Counted from the stretch's first letter, positions 49,130 to 62,869 are shown. The stretch: 64,000 bases of DNA from Antedon mediterranea (GCF_964355755.1 NC_092677.1:25717175-25781174); one strand, 5' to 3'. Numbers and translations: made by a program. Notes: a model not told the origin generated them from the letters alone.

Positions 49130-52100
49130 TTAAAGTTTACTGTTTTGAGAGATAGTGGCTGTAGCATCTTTTAACGAGGGAAATCCACCTTCAAAGGCCT
49201 GTTGTAAGACATCCTCTAGACGCTTAGCTAGTGAAAACTCTATGTCTTTCTGCAAGTAAACAAATATTTTTAAACTTAAAGATGTATTGTTACCCTGAAA
49301 AAATAATTTGTAAAAATTTTTTTGTTGAATATGCAATTTTATTGTCACATAATAGTTATCCACTATTAACAAAAAATGAATTGAAAACAAATTTATTTAC
49401 CCAAAAAAACTGTAATTTAAAGGAAAAAATATTGGTTGCCAGCCAATGAGTTTTTGGTTGAATTTGACTACTGTATTTATTTGGTCATTTTATACGAGAA
49501 AACATTTTTTTTTTCGGAAGGGATTAACTTTATTAAAACTACAAAATAACCTATTCAAAGTCTGATTTAATTTTTGGGGACAATACATCCTTAAAGACAC
49601 TTTTTAACCTTTTGTAAAATAATGCATATATATTATTATATCCAATCTGCAGACAGTACTGTTTCGATCTTATTAGTGCAGCTCTATATATATTTTAATA
49701 AATGGCATTTATAGTTGGCCACTTAAATTATTAGAATTTCGGCTATTTATTTTTCAAATATTTATTTTTACAGTTTGTGACCTTAAATTAGATTGAAAAA
49801 AATGTAGGTAAAGTGTATTTAAGTTTAAATTACTCTTTTACTTACTTTTTAAAGTAAAACCATGTGGTCAGTTTTACCTGAAAAAGTCCAGTAGCCAAAA
49901 GATTTTTAACTCTTGACCATTAGACCATTTACCTGTATATTCTGTGGCACTTCAACCAAATCTTTCTCATTGCGCTTGGGGATGATGACTTTCTTGATAC
50001 CTGCTCTGTGTGCTGCTAATACTTTTTCTTTAATTCCGCCAACCTGAAAAACGACAACAAAAATGTTTGAATCTTGTGTTGAGGGAATCAAGTATGAATT
50101 TTCAAGTATTTGACGCATTTGATGTCTAAAGCTCGGTTTACATTATCAAACTTTATGTGACAAAAATATGTGACTATCATGACTATCAAACTTCATGTGA
50201 TGTGCCCATATATAGACATGATGATGTCATAGCACTACCGTATTTGGGAAAATCACTACCATTATTTGGGCACATCACACTTATTTTGTCAAACTAGCTT
50301 GATAGTGTAGACAGAGCTTAAAGAAGGAATTAAGGCAGGGAAGTACAAATAACAGAATAATAAAATTCAAATGTACTTTACCGGTAAAACAAGACCTCTC
50401 AAGGTCAATTCGCCGGTCATTGCAACATCAGAACGTACACATCTTCCAGTAAAAATTGACACTAAAACGGCTACAATCGTTACTCCAGCGGATGGTCCGT
50501 CTTTGCCGACGGCTCCGGCTGGAAAATGAATGTGTATGTCGGTGTTCTCCATAAGGTCAGTGCCTGGCTTAGTTTCTATTCCACACTAAAATATTAAAAA
50601 CATAAATAAAACTTTATTTCTTAAAAGCTCTGTCTACACTTCTTGTGACAAAAAAAATGTGATGTTCCCATATTGGGCATATCACTACCATATTTTAGAA
50701 GACGATTAAAGTTTGTCAACTGAAATGCAATGATTGTCACATCGCCATGTTTTTTAAGGATCTCCAAACGTGGAAATAGTTTTTTTTTTTTTAACTAAAC
50801 TTTCAAAACACAGTTATAAGGTTCAATCATAAAACATCAGTCAACGATTCCATTACATCTCGACACTAAAGCTTGGTTCCCACTAGAACGTAACGCAAGG
50901 ACGTAAACGCAACGCAAGCGTTTTAACCAATGACAAGCGAACTTATAAACAGTTAGCAATCACAAGCGAATAAGCCATCGCTTGTGATTGGTCAATTCAT
51001 TTGCGTTGCGTTACGTCCTTGCGTTGCGTCGCTAGTGGGAACCACGCTTTATTGAAATTAAGAATGCATATAAAGGAGTGATTAAGCTTTACATCAATGG
51101 TTACCTCACCTGCACAGCGTGACTCCTGACCCAGTTCAACGCTAGCCTAGCCGATTCTTTCATGACATCACCTAGCTGACCAGTTAGTGTTAATCGGCCA
51201 TCGCCGTCCATTCTAGTTGCCTCGACAAACATAATCTCGCCTCCCATTGCCGTCCAAGCCAAGCCTAAAAACAATTGTTTATTGTATATTTATGTTTGAA
51301 CATTTATTCCTTTCACAAGATAAAATGGAAACTTTGTTGATTAGTAACATTAGTTTCTATCAAAATAAATAAGTGACTTCGATAACTTCAGAGGGCGCCA
51401 TATTTACAAGGTCAATCGGGACAAAAATTTCCATCTAGGACCTAGCGGGTGATGTACATTTACATCATCACGCTAGCCTATTGAACTTTTTTGTTCCGAT
51501 TTAGTTTTAAATATGGCGCCCTTTGGAGTTATCGGAGTTGCTTATTAATAGATGGTACAGCACAATAAATCTCTCACCAACAGCAACGCCGGGTTGGGAC
51601 AGTCTTTCTGACATCTCACTCTCATATATTGGTGGCTAATTGAAAAAAAAAGCAAAAACAAAGAATAAATAAACAAATAATGTACAGGAAAGAGTTTGCA
51701 CCATTTGAAACTTTAAAAATGGAGCATGGAGAGAGCAGACCACTTTGAGAAACAAAACGAGGTGCATTCAATGTTTCACTTTTAGGCGTCAAGTGAACAT
51801 GGTAGGATTTTTTTTTTTTCCCTACTTACGAGATTAAAACAGAAATCATGAATAATTCAATAGAATATTTATGATATAATATAGGACATTATAGGGGGCG
51901 CTATATAAGAATGGAGAAAGAAAGAGATATCAACAGGTTTTGCCATCCGAAATGTTTGGTTTGGTCAATTGGTTAAGGCTTGATTCTATGACACTGGAAC
52001 CCTGGGTTCGAGGTCTATCAATAGCTTGTCTTCTTTTTTTTTAAATAGTTGAGAGATTACTGTATTTAGAGGGTTAGGTTAAGTATATTTAGGAAGTAGA

Positions 52101-55100
52101 TCAGCTATTTTGCAATTCTTTATAATAGAAAATAATTAAGGTAATGAATTATTCATGATTTCTGTTTTAACCTCATAGGAAAAAAAATAATGCAACATGG
52201 TAACAGAAATTACAAATATACTCCCTCCCAGCCTCACATAACATGTTTGACCAAAAAAACCGAAAAGGGTTCTTACTCCGAGAATGTCTTTGAGAGCCAG
52301 TTCATCAATCACAATTGGCATATCTGGTGGATGTGACATCTCCAGTACATCATTCCCCTGGTCTGGTTCCTTTATCTGCAGAAGGTCTTTCTTCTCTTCG
52401 CTGTCTTGTACGGTCTTGGGATGCGACTCGGCAACTTTAACTGCAACAGCGCGGCAGATGGCTCCGAGTTTACGTTCTAGTTTACGAACACCGGCTTCAC
52501 GTGTGTATCTGCTAACTAGAATTAATTTTTTTGAAATTTATTAGAAAACGCCAGTGTAGTTGTCGTTCTACACAGCACTACTTATTACTAATTTTATCAG
52601 CATTATGAGAAGCTAAACCGACAAAGTAAATAGTTCATACTTGTTAGTTTAACTGTGTCTTGCGGGATCTGTAACTGTTCAGCAGTTAACCCGTGCTCCT
52701 TCAGTTGCTTACTAATCAAATGGTGCATTGCTATCTCAATTTTCTCTTCCTGAGTGTACCCTGGAACATGGATAACCTCCATGCGATCCAACAGTGGAGC
52801 AGGGATTGTTGAAATGCTATTGGCTGTTGCAATGAACAAAACCTGTGACAGGTCAAAGGGCACATTCAGGTAACTGTAAAGTGTTTAGGAAATTTAAATA
52901 AAATTATTGAATATAACCAGTTCACACTCATAAACTAAATACCACTTTCATAAAAAAATATAGTAAAGCTCTGTCTGCACTATCAAACTAGTTTGACATA
53001 AAAAGTGTGATGTGCCCAAATAAGGTAGTGATATGCACAAATATCGTAGTGATGTGACATCATCATGTCCATACTGTATTTGGGCACATCACATTTTTTT
53101 TGTCACAAGTTTGATAGTGTAGACTGAGCTTAAAATCTTAGAATCCCAGAAAATCACACAATTCCTATTATAATTGTAAATGACATTTTTTAAGGTTTAA
53201 AAAAATTCTTCTTTCTTCTTTAAAACATCTTTCTCAACCAAATATTTTGATCCAGCCGTTTTAAGAGTGGATTGTTATTAACTACTGCAAAATTTTCTAG
53301 CATATGTGACTGCTGCGCCTTAAGCTCTGTCTACACTATCAAACTTTATGTAACAAAAAAAATGTGATGTGCCCATATATCGACATGATGTCATATCACT
53401 ATCATATTCGGGCATATCACTACCATATAAAGGCACATCCCATTTTTTGTCAAACTAGTTTGATAGTGTAGACAGAGAGCTTTAGAAATATCAGTCTTGG
53501 TTGTAAAGGATACTGATCAGTGAAGGTGTTATTCTGTTCTGGATCTAAGACTTCCAACAAGGCTGATCCAGGGTCTCCCTGCAGACTCTTACCCTGAAAA
53601 AGACAACATGCAAGAATTGTGTTGCGAGTTCCATTGTAATTGTACAGTATAAATACCACCACTAACAGCAATGGCAGTTCATCTGACCAGCAGAAAGTTA
53701 AGCTCTGTCCACACTATCAAACTTTATGTGACAACAAAATGTGATGTGCCCATATATGGACATGATGTCATATCACTACCATATTTGGGCACATCACACT
53801 TTTTTTTGTCAAACTAGTTTGATAGTGTAGACAGAGCTTTAGTATGCATGTCCATGTTAAATATATCATTTTCCTGAAATCATTGGTATTTAAGTTATAA
53901 CAAGTCATTACCAATTTATCTATTTCGTCTAGTAAGAACACTGGATTGTTCGTTCCGACGAGCTTGAGGCCGTGGATGATGCGACCTGGCATTGACCCAA
54001 TATACGTCCTTCGATGACCTCGTATGTCAGACTGATCACAGCAGCCGCCGAGAGAAATTCTATACAAAATAAAATGTACATACTTTTAAATAATATATAA
54101 AATTTAATTTACATAAAAAAAATATATTGAACATAAAGCTCTGTCTATATTATCAAACTTTATGTGACAAAAAAATGTGATGTGCCCATATATGGATACG
54201 ATGATGTCATATCACTACCTTATTTGGGCACATCACACTTTTTTTGTCAAACGAGTTCAATAGTGTAGACAGAGCTTAAGAAATCATTATACGATTGTGC
54301 CCTCCATCAAAAATACCATTTTTAAATAATAATACATTGAAAATATAAGGATTATTATAGACAGTAGAATCTTTACTTTTGGACACCTCTATTAAGGGGA
54401 CACTTTGCCATGAAATTATCAAATCTCTAAAAAGCATTGGAATTTATGAAATGTTAAACTTTAATTTCAAAACAAAAAATATACTGACAACAATAAATAT
54501 GATAAATAACCAATTGAACTGTTTTTTTTATAATCAGATGCCATTTGTTTAGAATGTAGTGGAGCTGTAGCTTGGTGGTTAACATGCTTGCCTTCCAACC
54601 CCAAGGTCCAGGGTTCAATCCTGACCTAGTGCCAAGGCTGCCTCACGACTCTTTCAACTCCACTCCCAAAGCCTAAAATTAGACTTAGTTTATAAGCACG
54701 ATAAATTATTAAATAGTTTATCCATCCTGTAATTGCTCGCTGTTGGATGTGTATACAATTTTAAAATACCTGTGAAATGTACGTCCAAGTGTTTGGGCAA
54801 TAGATCGGCCAACACTGGTCTTGCCAACTCCTGGTGGTCCAACAAAGCACAAAATAGGCCCTTTAAGAGTATTCTTGAGCTGTCTCACAGCTAAGTACTC
54901 AATCACACGCTTCTTAAGTTTCTCCAACCCATAGTGGTCCTCATCTAAGTCGTGTCTGACAAACAAAGACAAAAACCATGTTAAGTGTATGTTAAATTTT
55001 CCTTTTTTAAAATGTCAGCGCACCAGGATGTCTGTTGGACTTAATGCTCTGTCTACACTATCAAACTTTATGCGACAAAAAAATTTGATGTGCCTATATA

Positions 55101-58100
55101 TGGACAGGATGATGTCATATCACTACCATATTTGGGCACATCACACTTTTTTTTATCACATAAACTTTGATAGTTTAGACAGAGCTTTAGAGTCAGAAAT
55201 GATTGCTGTAAACCAAAAAAGACTAAAGCTCTGTCTACACTATCAAACTAGTTTGACAAAAAAGTGTGATGTGCCCAAATATGATAGTGATATGCCCAAA
55301 TATGGTAATAATATGACATCATCATGTCCATATACGGGCACACATTTTTTTGTTGCATCAAGTTTGATGTGTAGACAGAGCTTAACATAGAAACTTTAAT
55401 GTGATGACCAGTTGAGCAAATATATTCTTGATATGTTAAAATTATTCTGTAAAAAAATAAAAACTGTTGTTTTTTATACCTCGCCTTGCTGATATCCAGA
55501 ACGTCTTTGCTACTCTTTGACCATGGCAGTTCCGTCATCAGTTCCAGGTAGTTCCTTGTGATGGCATACTCTGGAAGAGCTGTTGGCATCTTTTTCAAGC
55601 GCTTAAGCTCTTTAGTGGCAGCCAGTAAGGCATGTTCAGGCAAACATGCAGATCTAAAATAAAACAGACATTATGCTAAAATTCTGTGCAAATTATAGTT
55701 TTAGTGAGTAAAGCTCTGTCTACACACTAAACTAGTTTGAAAAAAAAGTGTGATGCGCCCAAATATGGTAGTGATATTCCCAAATATGGTAGTGATATGA
55801 CATCATCATATCCATATATGGGCACATCACATTTTTTTGTCACATAAAGTTTGCTTGTGTAGACAGAGCTTGCATTGGGATTCCATGGTAGGACCTAATA
55901 TGATTTAACTGGTAGGATCCCATACAACAGGAGTTAAAATGGACCAGCACTGTAACCTCTCTCTATTTCCAAAGATGAAATGGCTATGTACACTGAAACT
56001 TAACTTCATTTTTAAAGTCTTAAGCTCCGTCTACACTATCAAAGTTTATGTGACAACAAAATGTGATGTGCCCATATATGGATATGATGATGTCATATCA
56101 CTACCATATTTAGGAATATCACTACCATATTTGGGCGCATCACTTTTTTTGTCAAACTAGTTTGATAGTGCGATAGAGTTTTAGTTTAACAATTACAAGT
56201 TTTTTTCTGGTTCTCTTTCTTATTCTTACTTTAATTTTTGCTCTAACTCTGCAATTTCATCAACTTCATTCTCATTTTCGTTAAAGTTTCTTTGAAGTTT
56301 TCTCAACTCTTTCTTGAAGTCCATCACTCGGGTATTTTTATGGGGGTCCTTGGTGTTTAGATGTCCTTGCTTAGTTTGACGAAGAAGCTTTAATCCTTCT
56401 ATTTGCCGCTCCAGTAACGGCAGCGTCTTGCGGAACCGTGCTTCTACATCTATTGCATCCAGAACCTAGATAAATAGTGACTCACAATTGGTTTTCAAAG
56501 GCCAATACTTAAGAGGCTAGATAAGAAACTATCTGGCAAAAACTGATACTTTAAAGAAACAACATTCTTGATTACAAATACTGCAGAACCCCTCATTTTT
56601 AGGACAACCCTATTGAAACAATGGTCAGTCCCATTCAGGAGACACCCCTATTAAGGGGATATTTTATTGTATCCCGTAGGTATCCCCTTAATAAAAAGGG
56701 TTCTGCTCCAGAATGGCAATTCACTTCCAATAAAAAATAGAGAAATCATTTTAAATAAAAATTCATGTAGTGGAGGCCAGCAAATATTCCATACACTTTT
56801 ATATCAAGTTACAATGCAATTTTGATCAAATGGGTAAAATTTAAATTCATACCATATATGTAATTAAAAAAAAATGTTTTCTTACTTTAATTTTTTCATT
56901 GTAAGAAGCTTTAATAATAGCTGTGAAAATGTCTGGTAGTCTTGCTACTGGTAAGCTATCCAGTAAACGCTGAAAGAATAAACACAAACAATAATTAGAA
57001 CTGGTGCCGTGTAAGTGGAGGTTGATCTGTTCATGGAGAAATAAGTTAGTCTCCATGGTCAGTTTTAATACTAAAAAAAAAGAAACTAGTTATACCCTAG
57101 AGGCCAATTTACACAGACGAGCGATTTTTGTTTTTTTTATTCCCTTAAGCTTGGTTTCCACTAGAACCTAACGCAAGGACGTAAATGCAATGCAAGCATT
57201 TTAACCAATGACAAGCAAAGTTATAGACAGTTAGCAATCGCAAGCGAATAAGCCATCGCTTATGATTGGTCAATTCACTTGCGTTGCGTTACGTCCTTGT
57301 GTTGCATCGCTAGTGGGAACCACGCTTTAGTAAAAGAGTACGGCAAAAACCACATTTTTCCTGTTTATATTTAATGTACCTTTAATTTTTTAACAACAGG
57401 TATTGTAACATCAAGAAGTTCAACTAACGCATTTGCTTGCTCTCGAAAGACGTCCGCAATATCACCAAGTCCAGCTGAATCAGATTCTAATACAAAAGGT
57501 AAGACAATGGTTTATTGCTACCATATTTTGACATATCACTACCATATTTGGGCAGAGCACACTTTTTTTGTCAAACTAGTTTGATAGTGTAGACAGCTTA
57601 AGAGTGGGCTCAACATAGGCTTTTACGCCCACCTCTCAGACAGCAAAGGGAATGGGCTAGCAGTTGGCTGGGTGTTTATTGGAAAATGGATGGCTTATTT
57701 GATATGGTAGGTTAAAACAGTTAATCAGTATATGTGGAGAGATCTGAAAACATACCATTATCTTCTCCAGGTAGTTTATCCAGTTGATTGACCACAGCAA
57801 CAGGATATGGTGACTCTTGTACAATGCTTTCCAGTCCAAACCGGCACAGACCAGTCACAAGTAAGCTGTAAGCTGGTTTTGGCCAGTTTGTTCCAGTTAC
57901 TTGAACAACCACAGCAGCAGTGCCAATTGGATGTAATGAAGATAAATCATCTTTCTGTACAAATAAAATTATTGAAAGATGTTTGACATATTTAGAAGTT
58001 AGTTAATTTCCGGTTTTCAAGTAAAAATATATATAGTAAACATACAGAAGGAAGTTATATGTTATGTGGAGTTGTAGATTGTGGTTAAGATGTTCGTCTA

Positions 58101-61100
58101 TCGATCAGGATTTTTTATTATGACAAAAAACAACTTAAATCTCAAAGAGTGCCACCTTTGAAACCAACAGCGATTGAAAATATGGTTGGCACTATACATG
58201 AAATGAGAATAAAGAAATGAGAAGGTGATGATGTCAGTTATTAGGCTTTTAATGACTACACAATTGTTCCATTACTGCCGAGTGAATAGAACATCAGAAT
58301 TTGCAACTGAGGATCATTTTTTACATTATATTTTACAGTTATTTTATTAATTTACCACAGACTCTGGGTCTTTAGGTACAACTCCTATAACGGTACTGCT
58401 TAATGTATTGTGTCTTAGAATTCGACTCTTCACCATATTCATGCTGAAATAAATAAAATACGATATTGTTTATTTTTAAAATAAATAAGCTACTAGGCCT
58501 AGGCCTAGCTAAAAAATAGGCATAGGCTAGGCCCTAGCTAGGCAGTATAAAACAAGGCCAACAGCCATAAGTCGCGTGCTAAAACGCATAGTGATACCGG
58601 ACCGACAGACAGACCGACCGACATAGTGAACTATAGAGTCGCGTCCACGCGACTAAAAAGGATTACGATAATCATGATATAGATGAAGTGCAGAGTACAT
58701 TAACATTACTGTTACAAAAAAGATTCTCCTTTTTTAGGAGCAACCTAGGCTAGTACTTGATGGGATCCAGTCAAGTCGCCCCATCGCAAAGTCGCCCCAT
58801 ACAAAGTCGCCCAATACAAAGTCGCCCCATTGCAAAGTCGCCCCGGCACAGTCGCCCCATTACAAAGTCGCCCCATCGCAAAGTCGCCCCATCGCAAAGT
58901 CGCCCCAACGCAAAGTCGCCCCAACGCAAAGTCGCCCCATCGCAAAGTCGCCCACGGTTTTATTTCGGAAGTGCCGCCGCTAGTACTAGTAGTACGCTGT
59001 TTTAATCATATAGCGTAAGCGGTTGCGTTTGATATCGATTGCGTTGTTACTTTGGTCGCGCTAAATGTCGTATGAATTATAATGTTTATCCTATTATATA
59101 CATAATTTGTGTTTTAATTTTTATTTTACAGGTTTTAATGGAGTGATGTGCTTTTTAAAAATCATTAAAAAATAGTCCCTTGTTTGAAAGTTCTAAAAAG
59201 ATTTCGAAAAGATTATCCCTGATTTATAGTTTCGAAAATGTTAATTTAATATGATTTTAAAATTAGTTAAAAGAGCCACAATTACGAATCTTTCTTCAAC
59301 CTACTCGTGGATACCAGCTCATTTTTTAGGATAATATAATAAGTGTATAAATAATAGGCCTTCGTATATTTACAGTTAAAACAATAACAGCGTTGTAAGA
59401 CAATAAATGTTTTATAGGCTATACTTATTGATCATTTTGCATTTATTGACAAGTTATGTGCCTATAGTTATTTAATTTTAATTATGACTTTTCAAAATGA
59501 AGAAATAAAAAAAAGGGGATTTCTTCGCCGATATGATCGTTTTACACATGCAGGTATTTTAGTAAAATTAAAACGCTACATTTTGACAATGGAAAAACCA
59601 TCGTACAGTATGGTTATCGTGTGCGTGTTTTTTAAAAAGGGGAATCCCCGACGGGCAGCAGAAAGACGTAGCAGCTGTGAGACGGAAACAGATACCAGAA
59701 GGAGCAGCTCTGATTGGTTTCAGAGAATGTTTCAGATTGCGAGTCGCTTTTTATTCAACAGCAGAATGATCATTTTACTGAAGAAATTCTTTTCAACCCT
59801 TTTGGTTATAGAAAATTCTAATTATCATGCCTAATAAATATCCTCATATCGGGTGTTTATTTAATTTTAATAAACAAGACAGTGAAGAGGCACGGAATAA
59901 TACGTACACGGACGTACGACGAATACACACATGCACGTCATCATTTACGACATATAGTGGCGATATGATGCAATTTTATAATTGATATAATGATGGGATT
60001 GCATTTCCAGGCTTATAATCAATGTTCATTGTAATACTATGTATATAATAGTAAACTGAATGTTTATAAATAAATTGTTTTACCTAATTTGTTGCATATA
60101 AAAAATAAAAGACACAGACGTAGCCTACGTTCCCTATAAAATATTTCACATTTAAATTTAGGCCTATGTACTGTTAAATGACATTATGCTGAATAGGCTT
60201 ACTATAATCTTAAACTATGTTTACAAATTGTCATTTTTAAGGCACACATCTTTCTCTCATCATAGACCTCAGTGTAAAATAAAAACAAAAATCAATTATT
60301 AATATAGGCCTAATAATAATAAATATTCATCAACCAAAGTAAAAATAATCTAGATCGTATAACATCATTTTATCGCGACCAAAATTAAACGCCACCGATT
60401 TCGAACGCGACTGATATCATCGTAAAACTCCGACGGGGTTTCCCCATCTTCAGATGGTGCGTTGTAGTGCGACATAGGCGGAGTAATTACGGGGGTTTCC
60501 CTCTGGTGCTCGAGAGCTAGCACGTTAGTGCGACCACGGAGTGATTAGTTGGGGGCTTCCTCTCTGATGATTGGGGAGCGTGCCGATCGTGTGACCTGAG
60601 ACTACATGGATGGCGGGGCTTCCCCTTTTATGCCTACACGTTCCGTGTTATTTTGTGTATCATTGCGACATTTTACGCACTTTTAAACTATTTTTTTAAC
60701 GTTTTGGGGCGACTTTGCGATGGGGCGACTTTGCAATGGGGCGACTGTGTCAGGGCGACTTTGTTTTGGGGCGACTTTGCGATGGGGCGACTGTGTATGG
60801 GGCGACTTTGCGATGGGGCGACTTGACTAGCATCCTACTTGATTAGGCCTAGCTAGCCTAGCTAGGAGGCTAGGCCTAGGCCTAGGTTATTTATTAATTA
60901 TGTCTTATGAATACTGGCCTAGGCTAGTAGACCTAGCCTACTAGCTAGTAGGCCGCCCCAATCTCCGTCAGCAGAGGAGAGAGGGAGAAGGCCCAGAACA
61001 GAACAGGCACCTTCTACTATTAGATAGGCCTAGCCTAGGCCTCAGGCCTTATTATTATTATTAGCTAGACTACTACTAGTACTACTACTAGTAGGCCTAG

Positions 61101-61262
61101 GCTAGGCCTACCCTAGTAGGCCTAGTAGTAGTAGTAGGCCTAATAAAAAACATACTTGCGGGGTGTGTTAACTGGAATACGCATCGATGAACCGGGGAGT
61201 AATACACCTCCTGACACAACAAGCAAAGGAAGTCGATGGGGAATTGAAATGTTGGAAGACAT
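49130..61262 (-). CDS. LONP2: Lon protease homolog 2, peroxisomal (~17 exons)
   Basis: Starts [52 protein letters not shown], Walker [25 protein letters not shown], Walker B LLDEIDK, catalytic KDGPSAG and GGIKEK, C-terminal PTS1 SKL at 49130. Confidence 0.97.
50869..51049. mobile_element. Palindromic Harbinger-like MITE (copies at ~28850-28973, 57147-57328, partial ~46843)
   Basis: AAGCTTGGTTCCCACTAG..CGCAAGGACGTAA ... TTACGTCCTTGCG..CTAGTGGGAACCACGCTT with TAA/TTA flanks. Confidence 0.75.
52874..53513 (-). other. U12-type (minor spliceosome) GT-AG intron in LONP2
   Basis: 5' splice site GTATCCTTT; branch-like TTTCCTAAAC ~9 nt upstream of the CAG acceptor. Splicing restores [13 protein letters not shown]. 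Confidence 0.8.
54556..54760 (+). mobile_element. tRNA-derived SINE
   Basis: GTGGAGCTGTAGCTTGGTGGTTAACATGCTTGCC...GGGTTCAATCCTGACC; matches 41470-41712. Confidence 0.8.
58550..58659. mobile_element. Short Helentron/DINE-like element
   Basis: AACAAG start, (GACM)n microsatellite and terminal hairpin TAGAGTCGCGT-CC-ACGCGACTAAAA. Confidence 0.6.
58762..60835. mobile_element. Non-autonomous foldback/MULE-like element (~2.07 kb) in LONP2 intron 1
   Basis: TSD TACTTGAT at 58754-58761 and 60836-60843 (8 bp exact, or 9 bp with one mismatch). Inverted arrays of 16-bp CAAAGTCGCCCCATCG at 58770-58953 and 60705-60827. Confidence 0.85.
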
Positions 61263-61414
61263 TTTGAGGCAACATCAGATCGAATTTATAAGTAAGTAGG
61301 CTAGCTAGGACCAGGCCTCCCACACACTAAATAAAATGCTCGCGGGATAAATATCTTTTGCAAGGAAGTACACACGTCTCGAGCGGATATATGATGAGGG
61401 CGCACTATAGCTTA

Positions 61415-61615
61415 CCTCTGGATGGATTACAGCTGAGTTGTGAATACATTTTTCGAATGGCAACTTTCTGTCAACCTAATGATCTGTAAAATTATGTATT
61501 TTGGAAGAAAGAATAGGAAAGTTGTCAGTCTATCATATTCCAATTCAAGCAGTGGAATCATAACAGATTTGGGAATCATACTTGATAACAAATTGTCCTT
61601 TGGAAGGTCATAGGC
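61415..61615 (+). mobile_element. CR1-type LINE RT fragment
   Basis: Translates ...EWQLSVNLMICKIMYFGRKNRK...DLGIILDNKLSFG, a CR1 ORF2 post-RT pattern. Confidence 0.65.
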
Positions 61616-62869
61616 TAAATGGAAAATGAATATACTATATCTCATCTAAGGATCAGACAAATGTTCTTCACACAAACATCAGTTGACACGTCTGGAATAA
61701 ATTACCGTCAACGGTATCACGGAATCTGACTCATTTCCCGTAGGCCTATTACTGAACTTTTAACTTTAAAAACAATGGAACGTTGAATAATAGGCCTTTG
61801 TTATGTCTATTGAAAACGTTTTACCTCAACAAGTAGCCTATTGGGAAGAATAATTATACAGTCCATTCAGTCTCAATACCGAACTCTCTGAAAACCGGAA
61901 ACTTTCCCACCAGACTTTTTGTTGAGGTCCCAAGTTCAATATTAATTTTACTATTAAAAACGCATTTCGAATACAGTACCATTCCAAAAGAAGACATAAT
62001 GAATTGGGATCCTGGTCTGGATTGCCTCCAATTTAATTCAAGTCATTTTTAATGTAGCTATACCCCTGGTCGGGCCCTGGCAGTGAGTGGATTTTGGTAT
62101 TTTAAACGGGTCCGAAAATTAGTAAAATATAAAAAGTTGTGCCAGAATTGGGATCCTGTTCTGGATTGCCTCCAAAATGTAATGGAGTCTTCCGTGACCA
62201 CGTACTCAGTCAGTTTTGACGTTTGAGGTAATAATAATGATGCCTCTTTATACTTTGCCGACGACGTCTTGATTAAAGATGTATTGTCCCAAAAAAAACT
62301 TGAAAAATGAAGATTAATAAAATCAGACTTTAAATAGATTATTTTGTAGATTTGATAAAGTTAATCACTTTCGTAGAAAAAAAAACCGGGACAAAATAAA
62401 TGTTTTCACTTATAAAATGACAAAATAAATTGTTAAATTCAACCAAAAACTCCTCATTGGCTGGCATCATCCAACTTGACAATTTCTTGTTTTAAATGAC
62501 AGTTTTTTAGGTAAATACATTTTTTAGATCCATTTTTAAAAGTGGATAACCAATGTGACATTAAAATTGCATATTCAACAACAAATTGTTTAAGAATTAT
62601 TTTTTCGGGGGACAATACATCTTTAATATTGTCATATGTACACGTAAACAATAAAATAATAGCTCGAAAAGCAATATAATATTATTATTCATGTACACTA
62701 AACAAAAAAACAAAACGGGCCTTATAAGTGACGTAAAAAATAACACATTGGGCATGCGCAGACAAACCAAACCAGTCAGTATATAATATATCAACGTCAG
62801 CCGTTACTTCCACAAATTACAGTATTATAAATGATGATGTAAGTACCAGCAGTGACGTTCCGCTGCCAG

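Noticed and set aside
54556-54630. tRNA gene
   Set aside because: A and B boxes are present but there is no proper cloverleaf, and it continues into a repeated tail, so it is a SINE head.
54989-55390. ORFs containing [13 protein letters not shown]-like peptides (many across the window)
   Set aside because: Chance translations of the abundant MITE.
58745-59018. ORFs with QSRP and LRWGDF repeats
   Set aside because: Translations of the 16-bp subterminal repeats.
60430-60630. Hammerhead (CTGATGA at ~60565) or CRISPR reading of the spaced array
   Set aside because: No GAAA after a stem II, and the conserved motifs are only 7-11 bp. Kept only as a motif array.
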